Assembly (NCBI GenBank): GCA_021513695.1
Contig: CP084166.1
Coordinates: 96,001 to 160,000, forward strand
DNA: 64,000 bases
Direction of reading: 5' to 3'
Source of the DNA: Candidatus Heimdallarchaeum aukensis
GTDB taxonomy: Archaea; Asgardarchaeota; Heimdallarchaeia; Heimdallarchaeales; Heimdallarchaeaceae
The position numbers were made by a program, and so were the translations under genes. Below the pieces are notes generated by a model. The model worked only from the letters and a program-made list of their open reading frames with translations, ran no database searches and was not told the origin of the DNA. Below, in pieces: positions 9,365 to 18,940 of the stretch (positions within the stretch are counted from its first letter, which is position 1; each line of letters starts with the position of its first letter).

Positions 9365-12272
9365 AGCCTTCCTTTATGACACTTCAGAGGTTGGAGAACA
9401 TAAAAAGTTCATATTATTTTTCTTGAATTTAAACAGATACATATCTAACTTCTTTAGTACAGTAAAAACAATTGGTTTTTCGAATAAAAAGCGAACGTTA
9501 ATTACTCTTGCAGGTTTTATAATCACAGGATATCTCCTTGCTTCTGCTATCATTATTTCTCAAAGTGAGCAATCCTCCTTAGTTAAGTCTTACTACAATG
9601 CAAATAATATTATTTCAGATGGAAAAGCAAGTGTAAGTCTAATAACAAATATAGTTAGAATCAATGAAGGTTCAGCTACAATTGCTAAAAATTATGATGC
9701 TCTTGCTAAATCACAAATTAGTTCAATACTTAGCGATCTCACACTTTCCAAATATATAACTTCTATAGAATCAGTTTATTATAGTTTTGTCCGTGCTCAA
9801 CATCCTACTGTAGATTTTAACAAAGAAGTTAAGATATCTGCTTTTCCTGATGATTCTGAACCTTACCTTTCTTCTGTTATAACAGAAGGTCGTGCTCCAC
9901 AAGCTGATAATGAAATTTTAATCCAAGGATCACTCTTTAGAGATTTTGATTTAACTCTTAATGACAATATTACTATAGTTCTTTCTCAAAAAGCTGTTTT
10001 ATCTAATGAAATTCAGGATTATCAAGTGAATCTTACAATAGTAGGAATCTTTGAACAAGTAACAACTTCAGAACTTTATAAAACTAGTCTATTTCTTGGT
10101 GAATCAAATGACATTTTTGGTTTGCTCGAAACTTCTCAAATAGTCTTATACAATACCAACTTCTTTGAACTTCTTTCAAACAGTAATAAAATAAACATGC
10201 AACTTAGAGGAATCTATCAGTTTAATTTAGACTTTTCAAACTTCAGGATTGAAGAACGTACATTAATATCAAAAGAATATGAAAGACTTGTAGGACTTAC
10301 TTATTCATTTAGTCATGATAGTGCTTCTGCAGTAGCATTCACACAGGAGATAATAGAGTTCTTTGAGAACTTCAATAGCTACTACTTGAATAACATGACT
10401 CGTTTGTTTATCTTTGCATTTCCAGCAATTCTACTGTCAATCTTTATGATCTTTGAATCTTCAGAACTCTTTTCTTCAAGTTATCAGCAAGAAGTTTCTG
10501 TACTTAAAAATAGAGGTATTAGAAGAAGAAGGATGGTCTCGATTTATATTTGGATCAGACTATTTGAAGTTATATTGGCTACAATTATAAGTTACGGAAT
10601 TGCCATTCTTACTTCGATTCCTTTAATTAGAGTAAATGGTTTCCTAACTTTCAATAATAGAGATACAGAACTAAGAATAGGAAATCTTCCTGTTGAAATG
10701 CTTTTAACTGCTCTAATTCTATTTACTATTTCGATTCCAAGAATTCTTTTGATTGTAAGAAGAGAAAGAAGGATTGAAAAAACACCTAGTAAACTTTCAA
10801 AACTATTCAAAAGAATCAGCTGGAGAGAAGTAAGTTTTCTACTTATAGGTATGCTGATTTTTGGAGTATTCTACTATTTGACCTTTGTAGCATATATTGA
10901 AGCAAGTACGAAAAACTTTCCACTATTCCTTAACTTAACAATTATAGGGGCATTGTTTACTCTAATAGGAGCTTTACCACTTTTGATGAAACTTCTATCT
11001 ATTGTTTGGAAAGGAATAGGAACAGTAATTTGGAATTCAGAAAAGAAAAACAAGTTCAGGTTCGTATTTGCTGAGATATCTAAAGATATAAGATATTTCG
11101 AAAATATTACTCTAATATTCTTGTTACTTATTGGTATTATCATTCCTTCTATAATTGTTCCATTTTCCAAAGAGAGAACGCTTACTAATCAAGCTTATTT
11201 CATGAACGGATCAGAGTTAATGGTTCCAAATTGGCACAAATATTCAAACGGAATAACATTAGAAAATATCAGTGCAATTGAAGGAGTAGAATCAGCTTCT
11301 TATGTAAGACTATATACGATGTACAGTGACTATAATTTAGGATATCATGGAACAAAAATAATGGTCATAAACACAACGAGTTTTATGGAAACCGTCCGGC
11401 AACCTCCTACAACAGTTACAAAGTTCAATTGGCAACAGTTGGGTTCTCTTACTAAAGATACTGTTATAATTAGTAGAACTTTATCTGAAAAGTATAAAAA
11501 AGAAGTAGGAGATGAGATTTTTCTTATTCATCCTGATGCAACTTTTGATCCAAGATATGACAAATTTGTTCATAAATACAATCATACTATGACAGTAATA
11601 TCAACATTTGATCTCTTCCCGATTTTCTTCCTAGAAAAAGATAAACAAGAAGAAGAGCTAATGATGATTGTAACAGCTGAATGCTTTGACACGATATTGA
11701 AAAACGTAGTTACTAGACGATTACTCACTTCTTCGGCATTGTTGATTAAACCAACTAGTAAAGATGATATAGATCAAGTTGCTCAACAAGTATTTGATAT
11801 TTCAGGAGGAGCTTATGTTCAAAGTTTCAGTAGTTTGAAGGATAACCTCAAAACTCCTCTCTATAATATTTTTGTTATTGAAATGATTCTTTCATTGTTC
11901 ATTGCTGTTGTAGTTTTAATATTTTCAAGCTTTACCACAGCAACAAAGATATTAGAAAAGAGAGTAATCAAGCACGATATAATGAAGAAAATGGGAATAA
12001 ATGTTACGACAATAATCAACCTATCAGCTATAGAAAGTTTTATAGCTGCAATAATACCTTCCATGCTTCTGGGTTCGTTATTTGGATTTTTAGTGATAAA
12101 TCCGATGTTGGGCCTTCTAAGTTATGGAGCAGAACCTTATCCTCTTACCATGCAGTATCCATTAATTCCGTTATTACTGAGTTTCTTGGCTTTACCTGTT
12201 ATACTGTATATTAGTTTGACATTTAATTTGCGTAGAGAATTTGCCAATTATTCTCCTACACAATTGGAGTGA
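9252..12272 (+). CDS. 5'-truncated duplicate of the permease, with the two FtsX-type modules only. Real homology starts at 9342 (IRKAKTIK...). The ATG at 9252 is a fortuitous start inside the 3' end of the truncated ATPase.
   Basis: It is 100% identical to residues about 457-1432 of the 4164..8462 product. It lacks the signal peptide and extracellular N-domain. It could be an assembly artefact or a recent amplification. Confidence 0.45.
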   Translation: MKYTKLENSSILLNLIFILQRNFQFYSILTIRKAKTIKAFLYDTSEVGEHKKFILFFLNLNRYISNFFSTVKTIGFSNKKRTLITLAGFIITGYLLASAIIISQSEQSSLVKSYYNANNIISDGKASVSLITNIVRINEGSATIAKNYDALAKSQISSILSDLTLSKYITSIESVYYSFVRAQHPTVDFNKEVKISAFPDDSEPYLSSVITEGRAPQADNEILIQGSLFRDFDLTLNDNITIVLSQKAVLSNEIQDYQVNLTIVGIFEQVTTSELYKTSLFLGESNDIFGLLETSQIVLYNTNFFELLSNSNKINMQLRGIYQFNLDFSNFRIEERTLISKEYERLVGLTYSFSHDSASAVAFTQEIIEFFENFNSYYLNNMTRLFIFAFPAILLSIFMIFESSELFSSSYQQEVSVLKNRGIRRRRMVSIYIWIRLFEVILATIISYGIAILTSIPLIRVNGFLTFNNRDTELRIGNLPVEMLLTALILFTISIPRILLIVRRERRIEKTPSKLSKLFKRISWREVSFLLIGMLIFGVFYYLTFVAYIEASTKNFPLFLNLTIIGALFTLIGALPLLMKLLSIVWKGIGTVIWNSEKKNKFRFVFAEISKDIRYFENITLIFLLLIGIIIPSIIVPFSKERTLTNQAYFMNGSELMVPNWHKYSNGITLENISAIEGVESASYVRLYTMYSDYNLGYHGTKIMVINTTSFMETVRQPPTTVTKFNWQQLGSLTKDTVIISRTLSEKYKKEVGDEIFLIHPDATFDPRYDKFVHKYNHTMTVISTFDLFPIFFLEKDKQEEELMMIVTAECFDTILKNVVTRRLLTSSALLIKPTSKDDIDQVAQQVFDISGGAYVQSFSSLKDNLKTPLYNIFVIEMILSLFIAVVVLIFSSFTTATKILEKRVIKHDIMKKMGINVTTIINLSAIESFIAAIIPSMLLGSLFGFLVINPMLGLLSYGAEPYPLTMQYPLIPLLLSFLALPVILYISLTFNLRREFANYSPTQLE

Positions 12273-12277
12273 TGTAA

Positions 12278-14065
12278 ATGAGTGGAATATATGTTAAAGA
12301 TTTAATAAAAGTGTATCATGACCCAGAAACAGATGTAAGGGTCTCTGCTTTACGTGGGTTAGATCTATTTGTAAAAGAAGGGGAAGTTGCTTCAATAATA
12401 GGTCCATCGGGTGCAGGAAAAAGTACACTAATCAAAATTCTATGTGGTTTAGAAACAGCTTCTGGAGGATCAGTTTATATAGGTGATACAAATATAATTG
12501 AACTTTCAGAAAAGGAGATGCAAACGTTTAGATTCAAAAATATTGGTATAATAAACCAATTTGTTGCCCAGAATTTATTACCTAATTTAACTGTAGAGCA
12601 GAACATCCTTTTACCACTAAAAATGAGATATGCTAGTAAACAAAGAGCAAGAAAAGAACTAGAGGAATTGTTATCTGCTTTAAATATAGAAAGGATACGT
12701 TATAATCCTGTAACCAAAATCTCAGGAGGAGAAGCAGTAAGAACAAGCATTGGAGTTACACTAGCTAAAAAACCTAAAATCATACTCGCGGACGAACCTA
12801 CAGGACAATTGGACACTGCTAACACAAACAATATTATTGAAACTTTTAAAGAACTGAATGAAGCTTTCAACACTACTATTCTAGTTGTGACACATGACTT
12901 GAGGTTTAGAAACGCTTTCAATAAAAGCTATATTATTCGTGATGGGAGACTAGTTGGTGTAAATGTTGAAATGGACCGTTCTGAACTTGATTTTCTTATT
13001 AAACCTCAAGAGTCTTCTCTCCAATCTGTAATTGACAGCAGCCAATTCGTAAGATTACCTGATGAAGTATACCAAACTGGAGAATTCAAGCATATTGTTG
13101 AATTTGATATTCATCCTTCAAAGAAATTTTCAATTTTATTCAATCCTAACAACGTTACAAAGAAAGAAATTTACGAAATTTTACCTAAAACACATGAATA
13201 CTCTGATATTGAAGAAAAGATTGAAGCAGAAGCAGAAGATCACAAAGTTTCATTTGACGAAGTAAGACCCATAATGGAGCAAGAATTTCTAGCAGATTTA
13301 TCTGACAGAAATATTATTGAAGTAAAAAACCTTGTAAAATCTTTTCCATTAGGCAAACGTACCCATGAAGTTCTAAAAGGAATAAGTTTCAACATTCGAA
13401 AAGGTGATTTTGTAGTTATTGCTGGAAAAAGTGGAGCAGGAAAAACTACTCTTATGAATGTTGTTTCTGGAGTCGAAAAACCCACTTCAGGTGAAATTAT
13501 CATCGATGGCATAAACATCACAGAAGAAAGCGGTTCAACAATATCAAACATGCGTTTCAAGGATATTGCCATGATTAGTCAAGTCAACAATCTATTCAGT
13601 CAATATACAGTAAAAGAAAATATGGAGATTCCCGAGATTTTCAACGGAATTAAAGACTTTTATTCACACATTGACTTTCAAGAGATAGCAGAAGAATGTA
13701 AAATTGATCATAGACTAAACCAGTATCCTCCAGAACTTTCAGCAGGAGAAAAACAACGTGCTGCGCTAGCTGTAGCTCTCTCTAGACATACCCCAATAAT
13801 CTTTGCAGATGAACCTACAGCCAATTTAGATTCAAGGTTAGCGAGAAATATTATCTCAATGCTCATGGAGACTGCAAGAGTTTACAACACCACAATTGTA
13901 ATGAGTACTCACGATTTGTCTCTAGTAAGACCTGGATTCAGATTAATAAGATTGCAAGATGGAAAAATAATTGAAGATGTAAGAGTTACAAAGAACAAGC
14001 TTAAAGGAATTTTGGAAGACTATTTAGATATTAAAATAGAAGAAAACGGTTCAGTTAGCTATTAA
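12278..14065 (+). CDS. ABC transporter ATP-binding protein with two tandem NBDs joined by a roughly 110-aa conserved linker domain, paralog 1
   Basis: NBD1 has GPSGAGKSTL, ISGGEAVR, ILADEPTGQLD and VVTHDLRF. NBD2 has GKSGAGKTTL, LSAGEKQRAALAVAL, IIFADEPTANLD and STHDLSL. The ATG lies 5 nt after the permease stop and is preceded by GGAGTGAT (SD-like). Confidence 0.85.
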   Translation: MSGIYVKDLIKVYHDPETDVRVSALRGLDLFVKEGEVASIIGPSGAGKSTLIKILCGLETASGGSVYIGDTNIIELSEKEMQTFRFKNIGIINQFVAQNLLPNLTVEQNILLPLKMRYASKQRARKELEELLSALNIERIRYNPVTKISGGEAVRTSIGVTLAKKPKIILADEPTGQLDTANTNNIIETFKELNEAFNTTILVVTHDLRFRNAFNKSYIIRDGRLVGVNVEMDRSELDFLIKPQESSLQSVIDSSQFVRLPDEVYQTGEFKHIVEFDIHPSKKFSILFNPNNVTKKEIYEILPKTHEYSDIEEKIEAEAEDHKVSFDEVRPIMEQEFLADLSDRNIIEVKNLVKSFPLGKRTHEVLKGISFNIRKGDFVVIAGKSGAGKTTLMNVVSGVEKPTSGEIIIDGINITEESGSTISNMRFKDIAMISQVNNLFSQYTVKENMEIPEIFNGIKDFYSHIDFQEIAEECKIDHRLNQYPPELSAGEKQRAALAVALSRHTPIIFADEPTANLDSRLARNIISMLMETARVYNTTIVMSTHDLSLVRPGFRLIRLQDGKIIEDVRVTKNKLKGILEDYLDIKIEENGSVSY

Positions 14066-14092
14066 TTTTCTTTCTTTTTTTTACAATTGATA
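14066..14092 (+). terminator. Oligo-T tract (ttttctttcttttttttac) immediately after the ATPase stop, a possible archaeal intrinsic terminator
   Basis: A T-rich run lies directly downstream of the stop codon and is followed by 160 bp of noncoding sequence. Confidence 0.3.
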
Positions 14093-14229
14093 ACTTTAAC
14101 TTTTTTACCTAATTTTAGTTTGCTAGTTAAAATTAGTGACAGTTATTACTGCATCCATAATTAAAGCTAGAGTGATTTTTTTACTATTTCAGAGGTTTAA
14201 CTTAAAAACACGATGATTTTTTTTTCTGT

Positions 14230-15012
14230 TTGAGAAAGTTTTTTATTGAAATAAAAAAAATAACTCACATGGTAACTTTTCAAATTGAAAACAGTAAACT
14301 GAAAAACATTGAACTAGTCTGTATTGACAAAGATGGAACTGTCCTAACTTACGATATGTATTTTCCTGTGATGAAAAAACGTGCAGAAGAATTAGTAAAA
14401 AGGTATAATTTACCAAATGAAACAAAGAAAGATATACTAGAAATCATGGGTCTAGATTCGAATGAGCAAATTATAATGGGTGGGAGAATTCATATGCCTC
14501 GTTTGGAGAACATAAGAGCTACGATTGATTTTTTAAGAAAAAATTCAGTTAATGCAAGTTTTAAAGAGATTTCTGACCTCTTTAATGAAATTGATGAAAT
14601 TGTAGATTTATCAAAACATACTAAAGTATATCCTGGAATTGAAATGTTTCTTAAGACATTAAAAGAAAAGAATGTAAAAATTGTTATGACTACATTTGAT
14701 AGTACAGATGCAGCAAAAAGGCATCTTAAAAATAGTAAATTACTAGAATACTTTGATCTTGTTCTTGGAATAGATGAAGATTCTCCATATAATCCTAAAC
14801 CTGCTCCTGATATGCTGCAATACTCTTGTAAACTTCTAGAAGTAGACCCTCATAGGAGTGTTGTTATTGGAGATGACAATAACGATATGTTATTGGCAAA
14901 AAACGCTGGTGCATTAGCTGCTATTGGTGTTTTAACTGGAAGATCTAAAAGAGAGGATTTGAAAAACGCTGATTTTATCATAGATTCTATAAATGATATT
15001 AAAATAAAATAG
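14230..15012 (+). CDS. HAD-superfamily hydrolase (phosphatase-like)
   Basis: Motif I is VCIDKDGTV (DxDGT). Motif IV is VIGDDNNDMLLAKNAG. The real start may be the Met at MVTFQIEN, about 14269. Confidence 0.75.
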   Translation: MRKFFIEIKKITHMVTFQIENSKLKNIELVCIDKDGTVLTYDMYFPVMKKRAEELVKRYNLPNETKKDILEIMGLDSNEQIIMGGRIHMPRLENIRATIDFLRKNSVNASFKEISDLFNEIDEIVDLSKHTKVYPGIEMFLKTLKEKNVKIVMTTFDSTDAAKRHLKNSKLLEYFDLVLGIDEDSPYNPKPAPDMLQYSCKLLEVDPHRSVVIGDDNNDMLLAKNAGALAAIGVLTGRSKREDLKNADFIIDSINDIKIK

Positions 15013-15026
15013 AAATAAGAAATTAA

Positions 15027-16223
15027 GTGATTTTTATGGGAAAGGCTAAAGTAGCAATAGTAAGAATTGAAAATGGAGACTTTTTTTCTGCAGTACAAAA
15101 AGCTATAGAACTAGCTGGAGGGCTTCCGGAAAAAATTGAGAAAGATATCTTAATTAAACCAAATATTCTCACTTTCAAAAAAACAGAAGAAGAGACTTCA
15201 CCTATAATTACTAATCCTGAAGTCGTTAAATCTATAATTAAAATAGTAAAAGAAAAAGACTACAACAAAAAAATTTATGTTGCAGATTCATCGGGTAGCG
15301 GTCTTGATACATCAAAAGTAATCGAGAAAACCGGTTTTACAAAATTAGAAGAAGAAGGAGTTACAGTATGCCAAATATCTTTGAATGGTTCGACTGAAAT
15401 AGAGCCAAAAAATCCTTTAAAACTTAAAAGAACTACTTTTTCTAATCTGTCTTTAAATTCTGCAATTATCAACGTTCCAAAAATGAAAACTCACACTTTA
15501 ACAAGAGTGACATTAGCGATAAAGAATCTTTTTGGAACTATTCCTGGGATGGAGAAATCTAGAATACACGCTGTAGGTAATACTGCTAAAGGATTTAGTA
15601 AGTGTTTAGTTGACATTTATTCTGTATTAAAAGATAATATCGTGATGAATGTAATGGATGCTTCTATAGCTATGGAAGGGCATGGGCCTTCTCACGGTTC
15701 TCCTGTTAAAATGGATCTTATCTTGGCAAGTAAAGATGCAGTTGCTTTAGATGCAGTAGCAACAAGTATAATGAGTGAGAAACCTTCTCGCGTTTTTACC
15801 ACTAGAATTGCTAGCGAAAATAATCTTGGTGTAGGAAATTTAAATGATATTGAAATAGTTGGTGAAAAGATAGAAAACATTCGACGCAAATTTAAAATGC
15901 CAGAAAAGTTTATCTCTTTCCTTCCGATAGGTATATTCTTTGAACTAGCTAAAAAACAACCTAAATACAAAGGTTCTGGATGTATAGCTTGTTTACGATG
16001 TCAAAAAATCTGTCCTGTACAAGCTATTGTAGTTGATAAAAAAGAAAAAAGACCTTATTTCGATTATAAGAAATGTATCTCATGCTTCAGCTGCAATGAA
16101 ATCTGTCCAGAAGGAGTAATTACGATTACTAGGCGTAAATATGGAAAACACATACTTTTCGGAGGTTTACTTAGTTCATTAATCATTGCTCTAATTGTTA
16201 TATTATCAATACTTCTCACTTAA
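15027..16223 (+). CDS. DUF362-type protein with a C-terminal 2x[4Fe-4S] ferredoxin domain and a terminal TM helix
   Basis: CIACLRCQKICPVQAI and CISCFSCNEICPEGVI are two CxxCxxCxxxCP cluster motifs. The C-terminal hydrophobic tail is LLSSLIIALIVILSILL. Confidence 0.65.
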   Translation: MIFMGKAKVAIVRIENGDFFSAVQKAIELAGGLPEKIEKDILIKPNILTFKKTEEETSPIITNPEVVKSIIKIVKEKDYNKKIYVADSSGSGLDTSKVIEKTGFTKLEEEGVTVCQISLNGSTEIEPKNPLKLKRTTFSNLSLNSAIINVPKMKTHTLTRVTLAIKNLFGTIPGMEKSRIHAVGNTAKGFSKCLVDIYSVLKDNIVMNVMDASIAMEGHGPSHGSPVKMDLILASKDAVALDAVATSIMSEKPSRVFTTRIASENNLGVGNLNDIEIVGEKIENIRRKFKMPEKFISFLPIGIFFELAKKQPKYKGSGCIACLRCQKICPVQAIVVDKKEKRPYFDYKKCISCFSCNEICPEGVITITRRKYGKHILFGGLLSSLIIALIVILSILLT

Positions 16224-16321
16224 CTCTTTTTTATTCAACTTTTTTCTATTTTTTTGATTGTCAATAAGCATACTTTTAAAATAAAGTTCTTCCCATTGTT
16301 TCTCTAGCGACGGTAGATAAT

Positions 16322-18154
16322 ATGTCGGAAGTCTTTGACAAAATTCTCTTATTATTAGATGAAATTTTTGAGATTGTAACAAATAAACGTTGGGCACATT
16401 ATTCTAAAAAAAGAACAGAAATATTATTATCACAAAAGATTTATGAACTAAAACATATCCTTTCCGAGATTCCTATTGACTTTAACATTAATAGCAAGGC
16501 TTCTTCTGAATATTTTGAAAAAATATTAAGTAAAATAACTGAAATTATGAATAATATGACTCCAGCAGATCTTCTATTTTCGTGGTATGAAATTGAAATT
16601 TTTAGATTAAACTTTGCAACCATTTATGCAAATATGTGGGGTCAGGCGGGAGACTTAAGTATAGCTGGGACAGCTAATGCACTAGCAAATGCTTTACTAG
16701 GAATACAAACCTTAGATGTTGATGATCTTTACGTTCCTTGGGGACACCACCAATTTCATAAAAGACGTGTAATTATTTTAAACTATCTCGATTCAGCTAT
16801 GAGTTTTTTCTTTACGCTTGTAAATACACTAGATATTGTCTACAAACATGATATAGAACATTGGTTGACAGAAGCTTTAAGGGCATGTGAGCAATATTTA
16901 TACTACTCTGATTTATTTTGGGATGTTCCTAAAAACGTTGCTTTAGAAAAGAAAAGAAGATTGGATACTTCCAAACCAAATTACTCTATGTATTACGCAT
17001 TATTTTTCGGAATAGATGAAATAATAAACAATTTTCTGATGAGTCAAAAGTTCTTTTTTGATAGTGAAATAAATGTGGAAAATGAAACTTTTGCAGTCAA
17101 AACTCCTGAAGATTTTTGGAAAACAGTCTACAAGATTATTGATAAGTTAGATTTTTACATTTCGGATTTGAAGGAGCATGTCGAGAAAAAAACATTTGGT
17201 TATAACGAATCTCCTCTTGAGGATGAAACAGTATTAGAATCTCTTTACCAAATCGATCTTACAAAAGTATATGTCAAAGGTTTTTATTCACTTTTTAAAT
17301 ACTTTAAAGAGAGCGCTGCTAATATTCTAAAATCTCTTAGAGATACTGTATTCATTAATTTCTTTAATTTTCTTCATAGATATGAAGAAATGATGAGCCA
17401 ACCTGACTTTATTAGTAGTCAAATGGCAGACGGTATATCTTTTCTGTTAGAAGAATTGTTACCTTGGAGCGGGTTAATAGCACTAAAATTAGATGATTAT
17501 TCTCTATTAGAAGAAGTAGAAAAAAAATTTGCTTATGTTTTTTCAAAAAAAGGAAAAGATCGATACCCTACTATGAATGGTTTAAGGATACTAGTAAGGC
17601 TTACACTTGATATTTCAAAAGATAAAACTGATAGATTTAAAGAATATGCAAAAGACTTAATTTATATCTCGAAAAAAGCTTCTTTTGAACCACGAAACTC
17701 TTTTGCTTTTGCATTGTTAGGTTATTTGTTAAGCTTAATAATAAAAACAATTTCCATTAAACAATTTAAACAGACAATTTCTGAAGTTTTTGAAAATATG
17801 TACGCTTCGTTTGGTCACCAATTGTCTGATGAAATTGAAATATATCTTCACAACTTGTTTTTGGCTCTCGATAATGAAAAACCCTCTTACAATATGAGTA
17901 GGTTATTAGCTCCAAAATATTATGATCCTTACACTTATTTTGTCCCAGATTTGAATAAAATTGCGAAAGATATTGAGAAAGATATAATCTATCTTCCATT
18001 TAATCTACAAAGCGATTCTATTATTCATGCTGAGCATTCAATGATAGAAGAACCTGAAACTTATTTAAAAAGAACGGAGCTAACAGAGTCACAAGGTAAA
18101 GAACAAGGAACAGAGATGTTGGCAGAACCTAAACTAGAAAAAGAAGAGGAATAG
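16322..18154 (+). CDS. Hypothetical protein, probably all-alpha, with a Glu/Lys-rich C-terminus
   Basis: It is a 610-aa ORF. No motif was recognised. It is convergent with a roadblock-like gene. Confidence 0.45.
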   Translation: MSEVFDKILLLLDEIFEIVTNKRWAHYSKKRTEILLSQKIYELKHILSEIPIDFNINSKASSEYFEKILSKITEIMNNMTPADLLFSWYEIEIFRLNFATIYANMWGQAGDLSIAGTANALANALLGIQTLDVDDLYVPWGHHQFHKRRVIILNYLDSAMSFFFTLVNTLDIVYKHDIEHWLTEALRACEQYLYYSDLFWDVPKNVALEKKRRLDTSKPNYSMYYALFFGIDEIINNFLMSQKFFFDSEINVENETFAVKTPEDFWKTVYKIIDKLDFYISDLKEHVEKKTFGYNESPLEDETVLESLYQIDLTKVYVKGFYSLFKYFKESAANILKSLRDTVFINFFNFLHRYEEMMSQPDFISSQMADGISFLLEELLPWSGLIALKLDDYSLLEEVEKKFAYVFSKKGKDRYPTMNGLRILVRLTLDISKDKTDRFKEYAKDLIYISKKASFEPRNSFAFALLGYLLSLIIKTISIKQFKQTISEVFENMYASFGHQLSDEIEIYLHNLFLALDNEKPSYNMSRLLAPKYYDPYTYFVPDLNKIAKDIEKDIIYLPFNLQSDSIIHAEHSMIEEPETYLKRTELTESQGKEQGTEMLAEPKLEKEEE

Positions 18155-18168
18155 TTTAGATTTTTTTT

Positions 18169-18636
18169 CTACTCTTTTGGAAGTAAATATTTAATTTGTA
18201 ATTCATTCATTCTTTGAATGATAAGACTTTGATGCTCCTCTGGAATGTAAAAAACTCCTTTCTTGACCATCTCACTAAGTTCAATTGCTTTTAGATCTTC
18301 AGAAATGTCTTGAATCATTTTTTTAATATCTCTCTTCCAGACTTTTGGATGGAAACCTCCTACAATAAAGTATGTTTTAGAATCGTCAAAATAAAATTTA
18401 AATTGCTCCATTTGGATATTATAAAGTTTTGTTCCCAGTTCTCTTGCAAAAACAACTATTGCTGCACTAAAACCCGAAAAAAGTATTTCGTCAACATTTG
18501 TGTTGACATAAGATTTGTGGAAAAGAACCATTCCACTTTGTTCTATAACAGAAAGCTGAGTTATCGGATTCTTGATGTAAGGTCTTCCTCTTCTTTGATG
18601 TTTTTTAGCCTTCTGATTATCTTTCATCAAAATCAC
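18169..18636 (-). CDS. Roadblock/LC7 (MglB-like) domain protein with a basic N-terminal extension
   Basis: VIEQSGMVLFHKSY...DEILFSGFSAAIVVFARELGTKLYNIQMEQFKFYFDDSKTYFIVGGFH matches the beta-alpha-beta-beta pattern of the other roadblock domains in this window. The N-terminus is KAKKHQRRGRPYIKNP. Confidence 0.5.
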   Translation of the reverse strand: MILMKDNQKAKKHQRRGRPYIKNPITQLSVIEQSGMVLFHKSYVNTNVDEILFSGFSAAIVVFARELGTKLYNIQMEQFKFYFDDSKTYFIVGGFHPKVWKRDIKKMIQDISEDLKAIELSEMVKKGVFYIPEEHQSLIIQRMNELQIKYLLPKE

Positions 18637-18940
18637 AAGTTTATCTTGACAATTCTAAAAAAACAGTTGGCTTCTAACCTTTTATTTTTTGTGTTGGACA
18701 GATTGTTATTTATATTTAATTTATAAGTAGTAATTATCTAGATTTTATGTTTTGAAAAGAAACAAATATATATTGTCATTTCGATGAACTTTCAATTAAG
18801 AGGTGATTGTTTAGTATGAAAAAGGAATATTTTTGTAAGTTAGAAGATTATAAACAATCCCTCTTGAAGAAATAAACTTCTCATTGGATTGTCTTCTATT
18901 TGATACAAAACCTTCTATAACAATCATATAGCAAAAAGAG

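Larger units (their letters stand above)
5531..13150. repeat. Perfect tandem direct duplication of 2 x 3,810 bp (5531-9340 and 9341-13150) spanning the 3' two-thirds of the permease gene and the 5' half of the ATPase gene
   Basis: gataagaaaagcaaaaacca occurs at 5531 and 9341. caatcctaac occurs at 9331-9340 and 13141-13150. Flanking bases differ (5530 g vs 9340 c; 9341 g vs 13151 a). ORF translations are identical at a +3810 offset: 6782..7000 = 10592..10810, 7064..7360 = 10874..11170, and 8468 maps to 12278. Confidence 0.9.

Noticed and set aside
13062-13572. 67-aa + ORF and 110-aa - ORF inside the ATPase gene
   Set aside because: They are out-of-frame or antisense overlaps of a strongly motif-supported ABC ATPase.
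14066-14229. Possible tRNA or small RNA gene in intergenic regions (also 18637-18940, 24305-24430 and 48912-49112)
   Set aside because: No GC-rich cloverleaf-like segment stands out. These regions are uniformly AT-rich and promoter- or terminator-like.
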